The notes under the pieces are model-generated. The model was not told the DNA's origin and ran no database searches. It worked only from the letters and a program-made list of their open reading frames with translations. A stretch of DNA of 64,000 nucleotides, taken from Octopus vulgaris (taxonomy: Eukaryota). Within the stretch, counting starts at the first letter, position 1, and each line of letters begins with the position of its first letter. The position numbers and the translations under genes are program-made. This document shows positions 54,633 through 64,000 of the stretch, piece by piece. Location: contig OX597827.1 in NCBI GenBank assembly GCA_951406725.2, positions 9,114,001 through 9,178,000 on the forward strand, read 5' to 3'.

Positions 54633-54677
<45 letters not shown>

Positions 54678-54973
54678 TTAATAACAACAACAACAATGAT
54701 AATAATGATAATAAAAATAATAATGAAAATAATGACAATAAAAATAATTATAATTCTTTCTATTATTTTCACAAGGCCACCAATCAATTTTTGGGGGATG
54801 GAGTAAGGCAATCACCTTGTCTCTAGTCCCTAGTACCAAAAGTCTTGCATAAACTCAGTTGAAATACTAATCCCCCGAGCATTTGAGAGAGTCTGTAGTC
54901 TGCACATTTTTAGTTCTTATTAGACCTGCACATTTTCACTGTTAATCTGCCTGTGATACCACTACACCTCCAT

Positions 54974-55010
<37 letters not shown>

Positions 55011-55213
55011 GTTGTAGGGGCACTTGGAGCACTAACAACCAAGTTCAAGAAATATGTCAGAGAAATTGGAATTGCCATGAAAGCAGAGCAAGCTCAAAAA
55101 ACTTCTCTGTGGGGGACAGCTAGGATTTTGAGAATGGCACTTAGATGTTGAATGTCTCCCACAATAATTAACAACTGCAGGAGTGGCTGTGTGGTAAGTA
55201 GCTTGTTTACCAA

Positions 55214-55758
55214 CACACAATGTTTCGAGTGGCACAAGTGCTTCAAAAGTGGAAGAACTTCACTGGAAGATGATGAGCGATCTGGAAGAACTTTCACAAG
55301 TGTCACCCCTGGAAATGTGGTATTGTGCATTGAGAATTCACCCCCCCCCCCCACACACACACACTCCGAATCTGGGGCCAGACTGTCATTTGAGAGCCCT
55401 GCTAAAATGTTTTGAAGTATTTGAGGGAGGGCATTCAGCAAAGGCAACCAGATATGTCGAGTACAAAGAATTGGGTTCTTCAAGACAACCATGCACCCCG
55501 CCACCGATCTCTTCTCACTCACGAGTTTCTCATCAAAACAACATGATAACACTTTCACATCCACTCTATTCACCCACCAGATTTAGCACCTGCAGATTTC
55601 CATCTCTTCAAGAAAATGAAATTACAGGCAGGAACGTTGGGACTACTGCATTGCTGTGCAAGGTAACTATTTCAAAAGAGATGATGTTAAAACTTAGGTA
55701 AATAAGTTATTTTTTATGAAACATAACCAATCAGGGAACCTTTTGATACCACCTCATA
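55214..55758 (+). mobile_element. Mariner transposase relic
   Basis: Translations TQCFEWHKCFKSGRTSLEDDERSGR (HTH region) and a frameshifted HPLYSP(DLAPADFHLF) motif; TIR-like end GGGAACCTTTTGATACCACCTCATA. Confidence 0.8.
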
Positions 55759-55992
55759 CAAACACAAAATGCATTCTGCTAAAGGCACCTACATGCATGA
55801 GTCAAACTGGGCAATGGATTAAGACTGCTTACACTCAAGGCAAGATATGGTTCCTCTGAGACACTTCTGCACACTTTGTATCTGCTAAATTTCATTTGCC
55901 AGGCTTAAATTAACTTTCGGGCTACGGTAGAACATGAGAACATGAAACATGTAATTCCAACACTAAGGTGGTAAGGAAAATTGATATATATA

Positions 55993-56059
<67 letters not shown>

Positions 56060-56131
56060 TCATCATCAACATCATCATCGTCTAATGTCCACTTTCCATG
56101 CAATATATATGAATGTATGTATGTATATATA

Positions 56132-56183
<52 letters not shown>

Positions 56184-56216
56184 TACACACATATATACGT
56201 TCAAGTATATATATAT

Positions 56217-56296
<80 letters not shown>

Positions 56297-56594
56297 CGTA
56301 TGATTTATATAATATATATATATATATATACACAAAGGGAGAGAGAGCAAGAGAGGGAGAGTGTGCGTGTGTATCCCAGCTTTTAGCATAGGCATATCAT
56401 ATTCCTGCATGTCAGCATGTCATCAAGACAACTAAAAGTGTTGGCATCACGAAAGGTGCTTTTGCCATAAAATACTGATTCAAAAGTTATGTACAACCCA
56501 TGCCAGCATGGAAAGTAAATATAAGAATGCTCATGATAATGATTATATTTGCGTGTAATTGTGTGTGTGTGTGTGCATATGTATAGTAATATAA

Positions 56595-56633
<39 letters not shown>

Positions 56634-56730
56634 AACACACATATAAACATGCATATGAGTGTTGTCTGGTTAACTAAATAGCATATATGTTTCTTCTATG
56701 ACTCACAGAACTTTCTTTGATGCAATGTAT

Positions 56731-56825
<95 letters not shown>

Positions 56826-56830
56826 AATAA

Positions 56831-56862
<32 letters not shown>

Positions 56863-56871
56863 TACATATAT

Positions 56872-56920
<49 letters not shown>

Positions 56921-57419
56921 CACACATATATATATATCCACACACACACACACACATATATACATGCATGCGTACATCTGGCAATTGTTATATTGCCAAT
57001 TTACAAAGTGTTTCTTAATTACTCAAATGTAATAATTATCAAACATAATTGCTATTAAATCTATAATAGAATAGTTTCCAGTTGAACTGGCTTATAGTGA
57101 AACATACCGGTGACAATCAATATTGTAATTGGTACATTCTTTTCGCAGCTACACTGAGATTAATATTTATGTGTTCTTGTAGTGATTGCGATATGTAAAC
57201 TGTATTAATCTCAATAATACACCATTGATTCGGTGAATCGGTCTGCGGTTTAATATATCTTAATTTTCACACGTTTACAAATATCAGGACAGAAGAAACA
57301 AATGTTTGTGATAAAGTTGTTAATGATAGCCAGAAAGGATGGTTCAATCATTAAACAAGTGTTAAGCTAGTGTTAACATATTTAATACCAATTAGCTTAA
57401 CTGATATATATATATATAA

Positions 57420-57461
<42 letters not shown>

Positions 57462-57472
57462 AGAAAGGAATG

Positions 57473-57518
<46 letters not shown>

Positions 57519-57535
57519 AATGTGTGTATGTATGC

Positions 57536-57590
<55 letters not shown>

Positions 57591-57655
57591 CATATATACA
57601 TATATATATGTATGTATGTATATATATATATATACACACACACACATATATATAT

Positions 57656-57702
<47 letters not shown>

Positions 57703-57720
57703 CGTATGTATATATGTATG

Positions 57721-57754
<34 letters not shown>

Positions 57755-59693
57755 TGTATGTATGTATGTGTGTATGTAATTATTCAGTTTTATTTCAAGA
57801 TTTCTTGCCAATAGAGAAAGAGCTGGTTTCTAACCTAGATTCAAGGTTCCTTCTTTGGAATTTCAACCATATCAACAGAAAAGTTTTCCATGTCTAGACA
57901 TACACACACACATATATATACTTAAGTGGTAAACTTCTGGAAAGTTTTACAAACTTTCACAGTTCCACTGATGGCTTCAGTCTATAGTGTTTGAATCGGC
58001 TTTCACCTTTCTGGTTTTGAGTAGCTTAACTTCACAAGGTTGTTACTTAGGCAATGATTTTATTTAAGAAATCTGTTTCCCCTGTCTTAAATTTCTGGAA
58101 TTCAATTCCACTGCATGGCAGCTTGGGCATGTGTCTCTTACCATAGACTCAGCAGAATGTTCACAGGAACATGAGTGCAATAAGGAAATTTGCTAGAAGA
58201 AAAGTGTGAAGGTGTCCACAAATATACATACACACAGGGTAAAGACCCCACTTGGTCATGCTTGACCATGTGATTGCACCTTGAATGTTCCCCTCCAAGG
58301 CACAAGTCCAGGCAAGGTTGCCCATCCATATCAGCCTCCCTTCTCCACACCACTGATGTTATTCAAGGGAAAGGCAAAGGGGCCGATACAGCTTGGCACC
58401 AGTGACGTCACAACTCAATTCTACAGCTGAGTGAATTAAGGCAATGTAAAATAAAGTGTCTTGCTCAAGAACACAACACACATCCTGGTCAAGGAATTGA
58501 ACTCACTATCTCATGATTGTGACCCCAATGCTCTAACCACTGAGTCACACACACATATATGGACTCATAGGGCCAGTTTCCAGGTTCCCATGGTGAATAT
58601 ATTCCCCACAGGACAGGATACCAGTCTGTTGAGAATTACTCATTTTCATATGCACATCATATGAAAAGGATGAAAAATAATTATTTTTCATTCTTTTCAT
58701 ATGATGTGCCTACCACTACCATAGCTAGAGTGTGTGTGCCACCTGAGGTGGCCCTTCCATTTGCCGTCCCTGGACCCCACAGAAAAACACATATTGCCTA
58801 CAGCAACAGCCTACAACAGGATGGAAAGTGCCACCCCTTTAAAAGTGTTGCCTGGGGTGGACCTCCCCAGCTACACTAGTGGTACCTACTGCCACTTCAT
58901 AGATCTTTATATTCACTCATTCAAGAAGCTGAGCTGTTAAAGAATAAATTCTTTTGTATTCTTTTATTGGTGTCATTATCGGACAATGCTCATGTTGGGG
59001 CACTGTCACAAATGGTGCACAGACGGCTGTATTTGATCTGTGTTCCATCAATATGGGAAGTTTGAAAGTCAAAACCTATCAGAAAGGTTTTACAAGAATG
59101 TAGTGGAATATAACCAAATGCTACAGGGTACTTTTGTTCGATGTGCTTTCTGATACTTCTGTTGCTGCCAGTAGCAGAATCAGCCCTGTATACACTTGGC
59201 AACCTCACAGAGGATATGACAGGGAACTGAAACTTCTGGTGATTTGCTGTGCTTGAGAAGACACATCAAGCTAAGTAATATGATGGCCATAGATACAAAC
59301 ATCTCTTTATGGCTATGCACCCCCATCAGACACACAAAATCTGTCCTCCATCAAAACACATCCACAGCCCATCTTCTCAACACCACCCCTTCCTAATTAC
59401 TCACGATCACCATCTGCTGCATGTCCCTCCACTCTCCTTCGTATGCCTACCCACCCACCCCCATTCACTTTGCATCCCTTCATACCCACCCCACCCTCAG
59501 CCACTCCAATTCCCCTCACCATCACTTACTACAATCGACTTTTCTCTATCAATAAGCAACTCACCCTCACACTCTTATGAAATATCACCCCCCATCCTCT
59601 TCTTTATACCACTTTTAATTCTCTCCCCTGATGCATCTCCCATACAATCTATTTCTCTCTCTCTCCCCCTCTCTCTCTCTATCTGTCTGTCTT

Positions 59694-59724
<31 letters not shown>

Positions 59725-60519
59725 GTTCTTAAGAACATTGGATCATTGTAACACTTATAGCCTAGGAAAAGATTGGTCTCACAAAACAAGGAAGAGAGAA
59801 GATGTTTTGTTTTTGTTTTGAATAAGTCACAGAATTATCAAAACATACAAGAGGAATGAAGAGATTTGAGTTTAATTAAGGGAATGCGAAGTCTTAATAA
59901 TGATGGTAATCATGATAACAGATGTTTAATTAAGGGTTTCAGTTCACAACTATGTTGCCTTAGGTTTGATCCCACTGCATGGTACCTTAGGTGTGCATCT
60001 TCTACACAGCCCTGGATCAATCAAAGCCTTGCAAATAATAAAATTTGGTGGATAGAGGTCATGTAGGAGCCAATTTTCATAGATCATTCCTGATTTTGGG
60101 GTTGTAGTATTATCTTATTATTCACTACAAGGTCCTGCCCTTGTTGCAATGTGGTGGCTTTTGTGCCTCAATAATTCTGAAAGTTAACTAGTGGAGTGCA
60201 AGTTCCTGCTAGGACTTCCCATGCTGGACAAGTCAAAGGATAGAGATCAATATAGACGATTTCTTCCCATATGTGAAAATAGGTTTGCATATAGTCAATG
60301 CCCCTACTTACAAAAAAGGCAAAGTTATGAAAGCATCGATGATAATTTAAAACCAACAAGCCCTAGGAGAGGGAGACTTTTCTTCAAGGAAACATATGAT
60401 GCAGTGCGGTGAAATCTGAAAGATGGTAGGATAGTGGGGCAGAACCGAAAGAGCAGAGTTCCAACTGGAGAAAAGACAAAAAGACAGCCCAGAGCCAAGA
60501 ATTGTGGAGAAAAGTCATC

Positions 60520-60681
60520 GTGGCTGTGTGGTAAGTAGCTTGCTAACCAACCACATGGTTCCAGGTTCAGTCCCACTGCGTGGCATCTTGGGCAAGTGTC
60601 TTCTGCTATAGCCCCGGGCCGACCAATGCCTTGTGAGTGGATTTGGTAGACGGAAACTGAAAGAAGCCTGTCGTATATATG

Positions 60682-60714
<33 letters not shown>

Positions 60715-60922
60715 GTGTCTGTGTTTGTCCCCCTAGCATTGCTTGACAACCGATGCTGGTGTGTTTACGTCCCCGTCACTTAGCGGTTCGGCAAAAGAGA
60801 CCGATAGAATAAGTACTGGGCTTACAAAGAATAAGTCCCGGGGTCAATTTGCTCGACTAAATGCGGTGGTCCAGCATGGCTGCAGTCAAATGACTGAAAC
60901 AAGTAAAAGAGTAAAAAGAGTA
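60520..60922 (+). mobile_element. SINE family A
   Basis: Near full-length match. Confidence 0.9.
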
Positions 60923-62018
60923 ATAGCCTTTACTCTATAGGGCGTGAGGGAATCGGGTGAGTAAATAACTATTCCACTGTGTCTTTTAGTTCCACTGTCT
61001 GACTTATAAATGGCTTTTGTGAAGTTTATTCTTGCTAGTCCACATGCTGCGTCTCTAATTTTAGCTAATTCCCTTTCTCTCCCAGTATCCCTTCAAAAAG
61101 ACCACAAATAGTGCATCCTTCCACGCCAGACCAGTAAAATTTTTTTTTTTAATTCAAAAACAAAAAAGATCAGGATTATGATCCTGATTGTCATTATCAT
61201 ATCAATCATAATTAGGATGATCACAATAATAGCAATTATTAGTAACTAATGATTTAAACCTATGTCTCTCTTCTAATGTCAATCATTATAAATATGGATG
61301 GCGTGATTTTCAGTAGTCACAGCTCACCGTTTCTAATATATCAAAGAGCTAACATAGTTTTAGACAATCTGTGTGGTAATGTTGCTAATTGCTAACCATC
61401 CTTCAAATATCTTATTATTGAGCCATTGAATGGTAATCTGACACACCTTCATCCTCAGGTTTCTCTCTCGTTATTAACTACTCACTTCTTCATTTCAATA
61501 TATTTACTGGCCATAACGACGCTCTGAAGCAAAAGAAAGATTTTAATATGATTTAACACAATTAATGTTGGTAATGATGCCCTTTCACATTTACTTCTCT
61601 ACTAATATATAACAACGATTGATATAATTGATATGTGTGTGTGTGTGTGTATGTTTATATATATACATACATATATATATATTTATGCATGTATGCATAC
61701 ATATATATCTATGTATACATATATATATATATTATAATTATAATTATATACAATATATGCATGTGTATATATATACATATGTATGTATGTGTGTCTATGT
61801 ATATATATATATTATAATTATATATATTGTATATATGTATGTGTGTGTGTATGTGTGTATGTTTATATATATACATATACATACATATATTTATCTATGT
61901 ATGTATGTATGCATACACATATATCTATGTATACATATATATATTATAATTATATACAACATATGATATGCATGTGTATATATATATATTTATATATGTA
62001 TGTGCGTCTCTCTCTCTC

Positions 62019-62119
<101 letters not shown>

Positions 62120-62270
62120 AGAGAAAGTGAGAGATATGTATACATATGCATACATATCTCTCTCTATGTATGTATATATATGCATATATATGTATGTCTA
62201 TGTATATGTGTGTGTGTATGTGGGGAGAGAGAGAGCGAGAGAAAGAGAGAGAATGGTATAGATAGATAGG

Positions 62271-62306
<36 letters not shown>

Positions 62307-62829
62307 AAGACTTTCCAGTAACAGACTTTTCTATGTAGATATAAACTGGTGCTGCTTGGGCATATTAATTAATGTAGAATATAATCTTTAATCGTTACAA
62401 GCAATTATTTTTTCTGATAGATGTTAGATCTATCAATATGACATTTTCAATTCCTTCTTTGTTTTGTTTTTTGAGTTTATTTTAAGCTTAATTGATGCTG
62501 CAGGTATCATCATTAGCTTGCAATTAGCACACATGTATCCATTGATGACAGAAATTTATTAAAGAAATACATTATTTCACCCTTATCTTACGACCATCTC
62601 GTTATTGCTTAATTATCGCATGCTGCTTTGGTTTACAAAAGTTTAAAATATTTCCATTCCTTTCATATCATATTTCTGTATCATTTTTCATTCCAACGTA
62701 TGGCGCTGACATAGCCATGCAATTAAGAAGTATACTGCACTAATTCCTTAGATCTGTGTTTGATGGCAAGGTGGTGGATAGCACCTTGGGCAAGAGTATT
62801 CTACTGTATCCTGGGGTTGGTCAGTGTCC

Positions 62830-63100
62830 GGTGAATAGAGTCCGGTGAATACCTTTGTGAAAGGTAGGAGAGTCCAGTTTGCTGGACATTGTTGTAGAGC
62901 TGAAAACGAGATAATTTCTACTCTTTTTCTCTGGAAGCCATCTACTCGCAATACCAGAGGGCGCACACTCTCCTACCCTGATGTAATCTCCAGGGATACA
63001 GGCATCCAGCAACAGGACCTCCGTAATGCCATGATGGACCGTGAAGTCTGGCGTAGCATGGTAAATTCCATTGTCTCAGTGATGATGATGATGATGATGA
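62830..63100 (+). mobile_element. 5'-truncated RTE-type LINE 3' end with (GAT)n tail
   Basis: VKGRRVQFAGHCCRAENE...LWKP...RGR...AMMDREVWRSMV resembles RTE-clade ORF C-termini and runs into a trinucleotide tail. Confidence 0.75.
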
Positions 63101-63373
63101 TTGTTTGATAAAAATTGAGCAGAAGCAAGCCATATAAACATATCGATACATTCATACATTCGGAATACATACACACACAACACATGCACATGACATATAC
63201 AACATACATACATACACATACACAAATATATGTACATATATATATGAAAAGTAAGTTGTCTAAAAGTCCATAAGTCAAGAAAAAGATGCACTTGTATATT
63301 TGTCAATAGAGTGGGTATATTATTCGAAGTGTAAAATCAGCCATGATGGATATACTGTACACTCTGGATAATA

Positions 63374-63404
<31 letters not shown>

Positions 63405-63519
63405 CATACATACATAAATACATACATATATATAAATTTATATAAATAAGGATAAGATTGTTATTTAAATATCAAAGTTATGGGAATAAAAACCTTCAAA
63501 GGTAATAATTATTATTAAA

Positions 63520-63958
63520 ATAATAATTAAGGGTATCTAAGAGATACCACCATGCTGGAAATAGCAGCCAAACCTTGACACTAAAACCATATTAAAAGTT
63601 CATACAGCACCAGGAGAGAAAACAAAAAGACAAAATAAATTAGCAAAAAAATTACTGGATAATTCCAGATCCTGGATTTCTGGCTCAGCATAAGAAATGC
63701 TTTGCCTCATCAGTGGAATATACGCAGCACATAAGTACAAATATATATATATATATATATATGATGATGATAACATTCGAATACTTGCATATACAAACGT
63801 ATACATACATATATATGCACGTATGCACACGACCAGTTAAAATTTTTTTTGCTAGTTTATTTTGTCTTTCTGTCTTTGGAATTTTAATGTGGTTTTAGAG
63901 TCTAGTTTTGGCTGCTATTTCAAGCGTGGTGGTATCTCTTAGATACCCTAAATTATTA
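63520..63958. repeat. Long imperfect inverted repeat (~130-bp arms), MITE/fold-back
   Basis: AGGGTATCTAAGAGATACCACCATGCTGGAAATAGCAGCCAAA... versus ...TTTGGCTGCTATTTCAAGCGTGGTGGTATCTCTTAGATACCCT. Confidence 0.85.
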
Positions 63959-64000
63959 TATATATGAATATATAAATACATATATATATATACATGCATA

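Overview
AT-rich, microsatellite- and repeat-dense eukaryotic DNA. The repeat families and the gene point to a coleoid cephalopod, most likely Octopus (inference). The only clearly coding feature is one large minus-strand protocadherin exon (signal peptide, 6 cadherin repeats, TM, start of cytoplasmic tail; CDS about 17381-14976) with canonical splice sites. It is bracketed by a near-identical 174-bp direct repeat about 6.1 kb apart. Other candidate genic signals are an RFX X-box in a CpG-rich patch near 9.4 kb, a well-bounded minus-strand exon at 2102-1961 and a possible plus-strand terminal exon at 23044-23178. The rest is mobile DNA: several tRNA-derived SINE families (one repeatedly inserted as head-to-tail dimers), non-autonomous Helitrons, hAT/piggyBac/Merlin-like/Tc1-mariner MITEs, a decayed Penelope-like element, RTE-type LINE ends, a mariner relic, fold-back palindromes and two minimal type I hammerhead ribozyme motifs. 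Almost all other ORFs in the supplied track are translations of microsatellites or SINEs. All assignments were made by eye, without database searches.
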